NCBI GenBank assembly: GCA_949948985.1 | Contig: CATLIG010000002.1 | Coordinates: 24,275-48,274, forward strand | DNA from: an uncultured Clostridia bacterium | Lineage (GTDB): Bacteria > Bacillota > Clostridia > Lachnospirales > CAG-274 | Direction of reading: 5' to 3' | DNA: 24,000 nt | Part shown: positions 1-8,191 of the stretch, one piece after another | Position numbering within the stretch: position 1 is the first letter of the stretch | Layout of the letters: every line of letters begins with the position of its first letter | The notes under the pieces: generated by a model | Seen by the model: the letters and a program-made list of their open reading frames with translations, nothing else | Databases searched by the model: none | What the model was told of the DNA's origin: nothing | Position numbers and translations under genes: made by a program

Positions 1-1
1 A

Positions 2-1183
2 AATATTATAGACAATATAGGCAAGACTATGAGTCCTGAAAAAGAAGTACCGGAAAAGGTAACAATACTGCTTACGGGAGTTGATGAGGATTATTCAAGA
101 GACGGAACAAGAACCGACACGATTATGACTGCTTGCTTTGATTTTAAAAACAAAAAACTTAGTCTTATATCAATACCAAGAGATACAAGTGTGGAAGTGC
201 CTGAAGACAGATTTGAAGTTATGAGGGAAAATTTTCCAACATTGAAATCAAACAATGTAAAGATAAACAGCGTTTATTTATACGGCGGTGAAAAAGGTAT
301 GGAATTCCTTGAAAAACAGGTTGAGGAACTTCTCGGTATTAAAATAGATTACTATGCTAAAATAAATTTTAAGGGATTTACTAAGCTTATTGACTCAATA
401 GGAGGCATTAAATTTAATGTTGAGCAAAGGTGCTATTATAATGACAATGAAGGTTTTGTTGTTGATCTTAAACCCGGAGAACAAATTCTTGACGGAGAAA
501 AAGCTATACAGCTTGTAAGATTCAGAAGCGGATATAAAAGAGCGGATTTAAAACGTATAGAGGTTCAGAGAGATGTCTTAAAAGCGTTTTTAACTCAGGC
601 TATGGAAAAAGATACTATTATGTCAAATTCCAAAGCGTATATAGATACAGTTATTGAATATGTGGATACGGATATTACAATAGGAGAGCTTTCTTCTTAT
701 CTGAGCGTTATTGAGGGTTTTGACGGAAGTAATTTTAAGGGATACACTCTTCCCGGAGAACCTGAATACAGAAGCGGAATCTCTTATTATAATTTCAATG
801 AGGAAGAAACAAAAAAGGTAATTGATGAAATTTATAATAATACTATAGATGTGTCATCAGTTTCTGATAATGAAGTAAAACAAGAGAGCAGTAAAAATAA
901 ACGTATAATTGTTTTAAACGGAGGTAAAACTACGGGACTTGCAAAAAAGGCAAGCGATAATCTTAAAAAGAAAGGATTTAACGTAATATCCTATGATAAC
1001 GCTAAAAACAATTATAAAAGTACGGAAATATATGTAAAAAAGGACGGTCAGGGCGAGGATTTATCCGATTTTTACACATCGGTTAAAATAATTGTGGACA
1101 ATGAACTGTGCGAAAGCAAAAACTGTGATATTTTAATTATACTTGGTGAAAATGAAAAATTGGCAGGGGATATAAATGAATAA
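2..1183 (+). CDS. LytR-CpsA-Psr (LCP) family cell-envelope protein, 5'-truncated by the window edge, with a LytR_C-like C-terminal domain
   Basis: The frame is open from nt 2, with no stop before the ATG at 29. The TILLTGVDED...RTDTIMT...LISIPRDT block is typical of the LCP catalytic domain. No N-terminal membrane anchor is present in the window, so the true start is probably upstream. The C-terminal RIIVLNGG..GLAKKA..ILIILG block resembles LytR_C. Confidence 0.8.
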   Translation, partial: NIIDNIGKTMSPEKEVPEKVTILLTGVDEDYSRDGTRTDTIMTACFDFKNKKLSLISIPRDTSVEVPEDRFEVMRENFPTLKSNNVKINSVYLYGGEKGMEFLEKQVEELLGIKIDYYAKINFKGFTKLIDSIGGIKFNVEQRCYYNDNEGFVVDLKPGEQILDGEKAIQLVRFRSGYKRADLKRIEVQRDVLKAFLTQAMEKDTIMSNSKAYIDTVIEYVDTDITIGELSSYLSVIEGFDGSNFKGYTLPGEPEYRSGISYYNFNEEETKKVIDEIYNNTIDVSSVSDNEVKQESSKNKRIIVLNGGKTTGLAKKASDNLKKKGFNVISYDNAKNNYKSTEIYVKKDGQGEDLSDFYTSVKIIVDNELCESKNCDILIILGENEKLAGDINE

Positions 1184-2429
1184 AAAAAATGTTCTGGCGG
1201 TTATCGGAGGCGGAGCGTCAGGACTTATCGCTGGAATTACAGCCAAAAGAATTATTAAAGACAACGGAAGGGTTGTTATTTTTGAGAGAATGGACAGAAT
1301 AGGCAAAAAAATATTGGCGACCGGAAACGGTCGCTGTAACTTTACTAATATGAATACATCTGTTTCTGACTTTTATGGAAAAAATCCTGATTTTGTAAAA
1401 TACGCTCTCCAAAAATTCAATGTGTACGATACTCTTGATTTTTTTGAGGAACTTGGGATTTACCCAAAAGAAGAGGATAACGGCAAAATGTATCCTTACA
1501 GTGACCAGGCATCTTCTGTTCTTGATGTGATGAGGAATGAACTGCAAAGGCTTAATATTGAGATAGTTACAGGATTTGACGTTAAAGTTATAAATAAAAA
1601 TAAAAATGGATTTAGGATTATTTCATTTTCCGAAGAAGAAATAAACGCATCTAAAGTAATTATCGCTATGGGAGGGTGCGCGTCACCTAATTTGGGTTCT
1701 AACGGAAGTGGTTTTACTGTTTTAAAAAGTCTTGGACATACAATTACAAAACTTAATCCGGCTCTTGTGCAGATGAAAACAAAAGAGAACATTGTAAAAG
1801 GGCTTAAAGGTATCAAATTTATGGGTAACGTAAAAATTATTGCAAAAGGCGAAATAGTTGGAGAAGAGTATGGAGAGGTTCTTTTTACAGATTATGGCCT
1901 TTCGGGCCCTCCGATATTTCAGCTTTCGGCGGTTTCCGCAATAAATAAAGATTGTGCTGTTCTTTTGGATTTTATGCCTGAATTATCGGAAAAGGACGTT
2001 TTTGATATTTTATCGGAGAGAAAAAAAAGATTAACTGGACTTACTATGGAAGATTTTTTTGTGGGGCTTTTTAATAAAAGAATCGGAAATGTTATAGCGA
2101 AAAAATCAGGAATTGAAAAGCTGTCTTTCAATGTTTCCAATCTTAACAGGGAAACTATATGGAGTATGGCTGAAAATATAAAAGGCTTATATTTTGATAT
2201 TATCGGTCAAAATGGTTGGAATAACGCTCAGGTTACATCAGGAGGAGCAAGTACGCGTGAATTTAATGATAAAACAATGGAATCTTTAAAGGTGAATGGA
2301 CTCTACGCTTCAGGCGAGGTTTTTGATATATTTGGAAGATGCGGAGGGTTTAATTTGCAATGGGCGTGGTCGTCGGGAACGCTTGCGGGAAAATCAGCGG
2401 CGAAAAGCTTTTTGGAGGGATTAAAATGA
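1176..2429 (+). CDS. HI0933/BaiN-like FAD-dependent oxidoreductase (flavoprotein of unknown substrate)
   Basis: It has an N-terminal VIGGGASGL dinucleotide-binding motif and a TGNGRCNFTN motif characteristic of the HI0933-like family. The ATG at 1176 overlaps the upstream stop by 8 nt, and GGGGA lies 6 nt upstream. Confidence 0.8.
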   Translation: MNKKNVLAVIGGGASGLIAGITAKRIIKDNGRVVIFERMDRIGKKILATGNGRCNFTNMNTSVSDFYGKNPDFVKYALQKFNVYDTLDFFEELGIYPKEEDNGKMYPYSDQASSVLDVMRNELQRLNIEIVTGFDVKVINKNKNGFRIISFSEEEINASKVIIAMGGCASPNLGSNGSGFTVLKSLGHTITKLNPALVQMKTKENIVKGLKGIKFMGNVKIIAKGEIVGEEYGEVLFTDYGLSGPPIFQLSAVSAINKDCAVLLDFMPELSEKDVFDILSERKKRLTGLTMEDFFVGLFNKRIGNVIAKKSGIEKLSFNVSNLNRETIWSMAENIKGLYFDIIGQNGWNNAQVTSGGASTREFNDKTMESLKVNGLYASGEVFDIFGRCGGFNLQWAWSSGTLAGKSAAKSFLEGLK

Positions 2430-4033
2430 GTTTTTGGCTTAGAGTTTCAAATATCAAGGTTTCTGTTAAAATTGACATTACAAAAGATTTTCTTAAAAAA
2501 AAGACGGCGGATATTTTAAAAATAAAGTCTGATGATATTATTGATTTGAAAATAGCCAAAAAGTCCGTTGACGCAAGAAAAAAGAGTGATGTAGTACATA
2601 TTATTTCCGCTGACGTATTAATTAGCGTAAATACGGAAAGAAAAAAGTTTCTTAAAATTAAAAATGTCTCGGAAGTTAAAGAGTTTAATTATTCGGTTAA
2701 AAAAATATCTCTTAAAAAAAGACCTGTAGTAGTCGGATTTGGCCCTGCCGGATTTATGGCTGGACTTGTACTTGCTATGGCAGGAACTATGCCTGTTATT
2801 GTGGAACAAGGAAAATGTGTGGATGAAAGAAAAAAAGACGTAGATATATTTTGGAAAAAGGGAATTTTAAATATAAAGTCTAATGTTCAGTTCGGAGAGG
2901 GCGGGGCGGGGACTTTTTCTGACGGAAAACTTACTACGGGTATTAAGGACTACAGATGCCGTTTTGTTATGGAGGAATTTGTGAAAGCCGGAGCACCGAA
3001 AGAAATTTTGTATCTCTCAAAACCACATATAGGAACGGACAACCTTATAAAAATGGTTAAAAACATTCGTGAAAAAATTATCTCCCTTGGGGGAGAGGTT
3101 TTTTTCAATACGGAAATGGTGGGATTTGAGGAAAGCAACGGCATTTTGCAAAATGTCATATGTGAAAATGAAAACAAAACGGTTGTATTTGATACAGACA
3201 GGCTTATTATGGCTATTGGACACAGCTCAAGAAAAACATTTGAAATGCTTTATGAAAAAAAAATAAATATTGAGCAAAAGCCTTTTTCTGTTGGCGTGAG
3301 GATAGAACATTCTCAAGAATTTATAAACAAATCTCAGTACGGTGAGTTTGCTGAGTTTTTACCCCCCGCTGATTACAAGCTTTTTACTCATTTGGAAAAC
3401 GGCAGGGGAGTATATACTTTTTGTATGTGCCCTGGCGGAGTGGTGGCGGGTTCTGCTTCTGAAAACGGGGGAGTTGTCACAAACGGAATGAGCTATTATA
3501 AAAGAAACGGTAAAAACGCCAACAGCGCCGTTTTAGTCGGTATAATACCTGATGACTTTAAATCAGACTACCCTCTGGCAGGAGTTGAATTTCAAAGAAA
3601 TATAGAGGAGAAAGCTTTTATATCAGGAGGAGGAAACTATTTTGCTCCTGTACAAAAGGTCGGTGATTTTTTACGCTCCAAAAAAACAGTTATTTCAAAG
3701 GGCGAATTTAAAAAAGTGTTGCCTACATATATGCCGGGTATTGCCGGCGGTGATTTTAAAGAAATTTTTCCTGAAGAAATTTATCTGTCACTTCAGGAAG
3801 GTATTAAGATTTTTGACGGGAAAATAAAAGGATTCGCTGATGAAAACGCTGTTATGACGGCTCCTGAAACAAGAAGTTCCTCGCCTGTCAGGATTGTAAG
3901 AAACGACAAGTTTATGTCAAATATATCAGGAATTATTCCATGCGGTGAAGGCTGCGGATATTCGGGCGGTATTGTTTCTTCAGCTGTAGATGGCGTAAAA
4001 TGCGCCGAAGCGGTTATTAAAGAGGTCTATTGA
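2426..4033 (+). CDS. FAD-dependent dehydrogenase, COG2509-like (uncharacterised)
   Basis: GFGPAGFMAG Rossmann motif, GGAGTFSDGKLTT block, and a length of 535 aa. I prefer the ATG at 2426 (GGAGGG 6 nt upstream, ATGA overlap with the preceding stop at 2427-2429) over the track start at 2360, which lies inside the upstream gene. Confidence 0.75.
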   Translation: MSFWLRVSNIKVSVKIDITKDFLKKKTADILKIKSDDIIDLKIAKKSVDARKKSDVVHIISADVLISVNTERKKFLKIKNVSEVKEFNYSVKKISLKKRPVVVGFGPAGFMAGLVLAMAGTMPVIVEQGKCVDERKKDVDIFWKKGILNIKSNVQFGEGGAGTFSDGKLTTGIKDYRCRFVMEEFVKAGAPKEILYLSKPHIGTDNLIKMVKNIREKIISLGGEVFFNTEMVGFEESNGILQNVICENENKTVVFDTDRLIMAIGHSSRKTFEMLYEKKINIEQKPFSVGVRIEHSQEFINKSQYGEFAEFLPPADYKLFTHLENGRGVYTFCMCPGGVVAGSASENGGVVTNGMSYYKRNGKNANSAVLVGIIPDDFKSDYPLAGVEFQRNIEEKAFISGGGNYFAPVQKVGDFLRSKKTVISKGEFKKVLPTYMPGIAGGDFKEIFPEEIYLSLQEGIKIFDGKIKGFADENAVMTAPETRSSSPVRIVRNDKFMSNISGIIPCGEGCGYSGGIVSSAVDGVKCAEAVIKEVY

Positions 4034-4094
4034 CATGATATAAAAAACAAGACCTTGGGCGTCCGCCTAGACCCGCCGGCTTTTTTTAAAAAGA

Positions 4095-4207
4095 GGGGCA
4101 AAAAACTTTAAAATTGAAAATATAAAAAAAGTGATAAGAATTAGCTTTAATCGTACTTTTAATTTAAAAAAATTAAAAAAACGCAAAAGTAAAATTTGCC
4201 GATAATT
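4095..4207 (+). repeat. Copy 1 of a ~113-nt AT-rich dispersed intergenic repeat (partner at 15599-15710)
   Basis: By-eye alignment to 15599-15710 in the same orientation. The first 24 nt (GGGGCAAAAAACTTTAAAATTGAA) are identical. Overall there are about 18 mismatches plus one 1-nt indel. Confidence 0.8.
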
Positions 4208-4305
4208 CAGTGAGGGACAGTGTCCCACGGTTTTAAAAGCAGAATGTGGAACAAAGCCTTTGTCTTTAATTTTGGAGAATGTGTTAAAATAAACAGGAGG
4301 TTTTT

Positions 4306-4788
4306 ATGTACGTTTTTTATATATGCGGCGGTGAGGTAAAAAGTTTTATGAATAAAATTCTGCGTGAGGACTGCTTTGATAACTTTGAACTAAGAAATGT
4401 GGAGATACAGTCTTTTGTCAGAGTTGATATTAGCGGAAAAACAAGCAAAGAGTTTAATGAGGAAGAACAAGAGGACGTGTTTTTTTGCAAATGGAGAAAA
4501 ATAAAACCTCGTATTTTTGATTTTGTGAAGGGTAAGATTAAACCGGCTTATATGAAATTTGTTATTTCTGCTCCTAAAGAACTTCTTGAGAAGATTTCAG
4601 ATAATGCCGCAGCCTTATTTTTAAATTTTGTATTTGAAAAAGATATGGTTGTATGTACAACAGGTACAGCACAAAAAAATTTTGCGTTGAATAAAGAACT
4701 TGATTTGGCTTGGGAAGAATATGTAAAAGAGTTTTTTAAAGAAATAGGAATTGCTGTACAAAATGAAATATATAGTCAATCAACTTAA
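4306..4788 (+). CDS. Hypothetical small cytosolic protein (160 aa), family not confidently recognised
   Basis: The ORF has AGGAGG 5 nt upstream of the ATG at 4306 and no signal peptide or TM segment. It sits immediately upstream of htpG. Confidence 0.6.
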   Translation: MYVFYICGGEVKSFMNKILREDCFDNFELRNVEIQSFVRVDISGKTSKEFNEEEQEDVFFCKWRKIKPRIFDFVKGKIKPAYMKFVISAPKELLEKISDNAAALFLNFVFEKDMVVCTTGTAQKNFALNKELDLAWEEYVKEFFKEIGIAVQNEIYSQST

Positions 4789-4847
4789 AAATAAGTAAGT
4801 TCCACGGCTAAAAATCCTTTTTCTCATTTTCAAGTTGATTGACTATA
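4771..4847. repeat. Perfect 16-bp inverted repeat (TATAGTCAATCAACTT / AAGTTGATTGACTATA) with a 45-nt spacer
   Basis: Arms at 4771-4786 and 4832-4847 are exact reverse complements. The left arm covers the last codons and the first base of the stop codon of the 4306-4788 CDS. Confidence 0.85.
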
Positions 4848-4864
4848 ACATTTCAATGTTTTTA

Positions 4865-4891
4865 TTAGCACTCTTTTTGAATGAGTGCTAA
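4865..4891 (+). promoter_or_regulatory. CIRCE element (HrcA operator) upstream of htpG
   Basis: TTAGCACTC-N9-GAGTGCTAA is an exact match to the CIRCE consensus. It is followed by a T6 run. Confidence 0.9.
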
Positions 4892-4898
4892 TTTTTTC

Positions 4899-4926
4899 TT
4901 GACTTTTTTTATTTTAGTGGTATTAT
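4899..4926 (+). promoter_or_regulatory. Putative sigma-A promoter of htpG
   Basis: TTGACT (4899-4904), a 16-nt spacer, then TATTAT (4921-4926), 34 nt upstream of the ATG. An alternative is TTGACT (4839-4844) with a weak -10 overlapping CIRCE. Confidence 0.5.
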
Positions 4927-4959
4927 ATAAATATATAATTTTTTTGGGAGGAATTTGAA

Positions 4960-6852
4960 ATGGAAAAAGGTAATCTTTCGATTAACAGTGAAAATATTTT
5001 GCCTATTATAAAAAAATGGTTATATTCTGAATCGGATATTTTCCTGAGAGAACTTGTTTCAAACGGATGTGACGCGATTACAAAACTTCAGAAACTGGTT
5101 GGAATGGGCGAGGCAAACGTAGGTGATGATACAAAATACAAGGTGACTGTTGTACTAGACAAAGAAAACAGTATTATAAAAGTTATTGATAACGGTATAG
5201 GTATGACCGCCGATGAAATTAAAGAATATATTACTCAGATTGCTTTTTCGGGAGCAAGTGATTTTATAAATAAATATAAAGATAAAATTAATGAGGGCGG
5301 AGATATTATCGGACATTTTGGTCTTGGGTTTTATTCCGCTTTTATGGTTGCCGATAAGGTGCAGATTGACTCATTATCTTATAAAGACGGAGCAACAGCC
5401 GCAAGATGGATTTGTGACGGCGGAGTTGAATTTGAAATGGACGAAAGTGACAAAACCGACAGGGGTACTGTCATTACACTCTATATCGGTGAGGACGGAA
5501 AAGATTTTTTGAATCCTTATAAAATTAAGGAAACTTTAGCTAAATACTGCTATTTTATGCCTATTGAAATTTATTTTGAGGATACTGAAGATCTTAAAAA
5601 AGAAAGTGAAAAACCGGAAAGCAAAGACGGAGAAAATGTTATAGAAGAACCTAAAAAAACCGAACCTATAAATCAGACTAATCCTTTATGGTTAAAACAG
5701 CCTAAAGACTGCTCTGACGAAGAGTATAAAGCATTTTATCATAATGTGTTTACAGACCTTAACGACCCTCTTTTCTGGATTCACCTTAATATGGAATATC
5801 CTTTCAGACTTAAAGGTATTTTATATTTCCCTAAACTTAAACACGAGCTTGATTCTATCGAGGGACAGGTTAAATTATATAATAATCAGGTATTTATAGC
5901 GGATAATATAAAAGAGGTAATTCCGGAGTTTTTACTTCTTCTTAAAGGTACTATTGATTGTCCGGATTTGCCTCTTAACGTTTCAAGAAGTTTTCTTCAG
6001 AATGATGGGTATGTCACCAAAATGTCCAAATATATTACAAAAAAGGTTGCGGACAAGCTTAACAGCCTCTTCAAAAAAGAAAGAGAAGAATATGAAAAGT
6101 TTTGGGACGATATAAGCCAATTTATTAAATACGGCTGTTTAAGAGAAAAGGATTTTTATGATAAAGTGAAAGATTCTCTTTTATTTAAAACTACAAAAGG
6201 CAGTTATGTAACTTTATCCGAATATCTTGACGCCGCAAAAGAAAAACACGAAAATAAAGTATTTTATGTTACAGACAAAAATCAGCAGGCTCAATACATT
6301 AAAATGTTTGAAGATAACGGTATGGAAGCGGTTATTCTTGACACTAGGCTTGACAATCCGTTTATGTCGTCTGTTGAAATGTACAACAGCGGCGTGACTT
6401 TCTCAAGAATTGACGCTGATATAGCTGAAAATCTTAAAAATGAGGAAAGAGATGAGGATAAAAAGCTTACCGAAAGGTTTGAGAATATATTTAAAGACGT
6501 ACTGAAAAAAGACGATATTAAGGTTAAAGTTGAGAGCCTTAAAGCGGACGATGTATCGGGTATTGTACAACTCAGCGAACAGTCTAGAAGAATGCAGGAA
6601 ATGAGCAGTCTTTATGGTATGAATTTTGGGAATATGCCTGTTGATGAAACTTTGATTTTAAACAGCAATAATAATGTGGTAAAACTTCTTTCTGAAATTT
6701 CTGATAATGAACAAAGAAAAGATGATGTGGAGCTTATTTGCAAACAAATTTATGATTTGGCTGTTATGAGTCATAAACCTCTTGAAATGAAAGAAATGAC
6801 TGAATTTATCGCAAGAAGCAATAAAATACTTGAAATGACCATGAAAGGGTAA
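4960..6852 (+). CDS. htpG: Molecular chaperone HtpG (Hsp90 family)
   Basis: The N-terminal GHKL ATPase region (LRELVSNGCDAITK, DNGIGM, GHFGLGFYSAFMVA), a charged linker and a length of 630 aa all fit HtpG. GGGAGG RBS at 4946-4951. Confidence 0.95.
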   Translation: MEKGNLSINSENILPIIKKWLYSESDIFLRELVSNGCDAITKLQKLVGMGEANVGDDTKYKVTVVLDKENSIIKVIDNGIGMTADEIKEYITQIAFSGASDFINKYKDKINEGGDIIGHFGLGFYSAFMVADKVQIDSLSYKDGATAARWICDGGVEFEMDESDKTDRGTVITLYIGEDGKDFLNPYKIKETLAKYCYFMPIEIYFEDTEDLKKESEKPESKDGENVIEEPKKTEPINQTNPLWLKQPKDCSDEEYKAFYHNVFTDLNDPLFWIHLNMEYPFRLKGILYFPKLKHELDSIEGQVKLYNNQVFIADNIKEVIPEFLLLLKGTIDCPDLPLNVSRSFLQNDGYVTKMSKYITKKVADKLNSLFKKEREEYEKFWDDISQFIKYGCLREKDFYDKVKDSLLFKTTKGSYVTLSEYLDAAKEKHENKVFYVTDKNQQAQYIKMFEDNGMEAVILDTRLDNPFMSSVEMYNSGVTFSRIDADIAENLKNEERDEDKKLTERFENIFKDVLKKDDIKVKVESLKADDVSGIVQLSEQSRRMQEMSSLYGMNFGNMPVDETLILNSNNNVVKLLSEISDNEQRKDDVELICKQIYDLAVMSHKPLEMKEMTEFIARSNKILEMTMKG

Positions 6853-6863
6853 TTGATAAAAAG

Positions 6864-6898
6864 CGGGAGTCTTTTATTTTTTGGCTCCCGATTTTTTT
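6864..6898 (+). terminator. Rho-independent terminator after htpG
   Basis: CGGGAG(TC)...(GG)CTCCCG stem with a T-rich loop, followed by a T7 run (6892-6898). Confidence 0.8.
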
Positions 6899-6957
6899 AT
6901 TCAAGAAAGAAAAATTGCTTTATTACTGATTAATCCGTGATTTTTGTGAAAAAACTA

Positions 6958-6986
6958 TTGACATAATTCTCCGAAGGTGTTATAAT
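6958..6986 (+). promoter_or_regulatory. Consensus sigma-A promoter of the str operon
   Basis: TTGACA (6958-6963), a 17-nt spacer, then TATAAT (6981-6986), with an extended -10 TG at 6978-6979. Confidence 0.8.
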
Positions 6987-7095
6987 ACGTAACTGTGTCG
7001 GTATGAAAAACAGTCGGTTCGTTTTCATACGAAAATTGTTCGGATTACCACGCAATGGCAGAAAATTACTAAATATGCAGGGAGGTGCAGATTAA

Positions 7096-7512
7096 ATGCC
7101 AACATTTAACCAGTTAGTAAGAAAGGGCAGACAGACTAAATTTGAAAAGTCTACAGCCCCAGCTTTACAGAAGGGTCTTAACTCTTTAAGAAAAAAACAG
7201 ACTGATGTAAGTTCTCCTCAAAAAAGAGGTGTATGTACTTCTGTTAAAACAGCCACTCCTAAAAAGCCTAACTCAGCTTTAAGAAAAATCGCCAGAGTTC
7301 GTCTTTCAAACGGTATTGAGGTAACAGCCTATATCCCGGGAGAAGGTCATAATTTACAGGAGCATAGCGTTGTTCTTATAAGAGGCGGAAGAGTAAAGGA
7401 CGTTCCCGGTGTTCGTTATCATATTATAAGAGGTACTCTTGATACAGCGGGTGTAGCCGACAGAAAACAGTCACGCTCTAAATACGGCGCTAAAAAGGAT
7501 AAGAAAAAATAA
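7096..7512 (+). CDS. rpsL: 30S ribosomal protein S12
   Basis: [12 protein letters not shown]-terminus, with [11 protein letters not shown] and [14 protein letters not shown] blocks. GGGAGG RBS. Confidence 0.97.
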   Translation: MPTFNQLVRKGRQTKFEKSTAPALQKGLNSLRKKQTDVSSPQKRGVCTSVKTATPKKPNSALRKIARVRLSNGIEVTAYIPGEGHNLQEHSVVLIRGGRVKDVPGVRYHIIRGTLDTAGVADRKQSRSKYGAKKDKKK

Positions 7513-7701
7513 TTTAAAAGTTGGTTTTGGAGCAAAGCGGTGAAACAAGCTTTATATGTTTTTCCGTTTTGTCTAAGTTTTGCCTTGTACTAACGTAATA
7601 CTGTCGTTGCAGTGGTTTTTTAGTGCTGGGCATGAAATGCGAAGAGGTTGTCTTCGCAAGTACCGGTGAATTAATATTTTATAATTAAGGAGGGAAGAAT
7701 C
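7513..7701 (+). promoter_or_regulatory. Long structured rpsL-rpsG intercistronic spacer (candidate cis-regulatory RNA)
   Basis: 189 nt of non-coding sequence inside a normally compact operon. It contains several hairpins, for example GCGAAGA-GGTTG-TCTTCGC, CGGTGAAAC...GTTTTTCCG, and a weak stem followed by GGTTTTTT. Confidence 0.3.
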
Positions 7702-8172
7702 GTGCCACGTAAAGGTCATGTTTCAAAAAGAGAAGTGCTGCCTGATCCTTTGTATAAAAGCAAGGTGGTTACTAAACTTATAAATTCTGTTATGCTTGAC
7801 GGTAAAAAAGGTATCGCTCAGAAAATTGTTTACGGCGCGTTTGAAAAAGTTACTGAAAAAACAGGTACTCCAAGTATGGAGGCTTTCGAACAGGCGCTTA
7901 ACAATATTATGCCTGTGCTTGAGGTAAAGGCGCGCCGTGTGGGTGGTGCCACTTATCAGGTGCCTATTGAGATTAAACCTGACAGAAGACTCGCTTTAGG
8001 TCTTCGCTGGCTTACTTTATACAGCAGAAAAAGAAGCGAAAAAACTATGATTGACCGTCTTGCCGGAGAAATTATGGACGCTATCAATAATTCCGGCGGA
8101 GCTGTTAAAAAGAAAGACGAAACTCATAAAATGGCGGAAGCTAATAAGGCTTTCTCTCATTATAAATGGTAA
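7702..8172 (+). CDS. rpsG: 30S ribosomal protein S7
   Basis: [18 protein letters not shown]-terminus. GTG start, with AAGGAGGG 7-8 nt upstream. Confidence 0.97.
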   Translation: MPRKGHVSKREVLPDPLYKSKVVTKLINSVMLDGKKGIAQKIVYGAFEKVTEKTGTPSMEAFEQALNNIMPVLEVKARRVGGATYQVPIEIKPDRRLALGLRWLTLYSRKRSEKTMIDRLAGEIMDAINNSGGAVKKKDETHKMAEANKAFSHYKW

Positions 8173-8191
8173 TTAAGAAGGAGGAATAAAA

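Noticed and set aside
2360-2425. Upstream extensions of track ORFs (2360-2425, 13139-13183, 15733-15825) as true N-termini
   Set aside because: The extensions overlap the preceding gene or repeat, or start at non-ATG codons without an RBS. Internal ATGs at 2426, 13184 and 15826 have good Shine-Dalgarno sequences and give N-termini that match the respective families.
4114-4141. TTGAAA...TGATAAGAAT inside the 113-nt repeat as a definite portable promoter
   Set aside because: It is conserved in both copies, but the spacer is 15-16 nt and the -10 hexamer is poor (TAAGAA/AAGAAT). I kept it only as a hypothesis under the repeat finding.
4747-4758. GGAATTGCTGTA inside the 3' end of the 4306-4788 CDS, identical to the right inner arm of the 17034-17114 hairpin
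   Set aside because: It is a single 12-mer with no nearby complementary partner beyond an 8-bp match within coding sequence. Many chance 12-mer repeats are expected in a 24-kb AT-rich window when both strands are considered.
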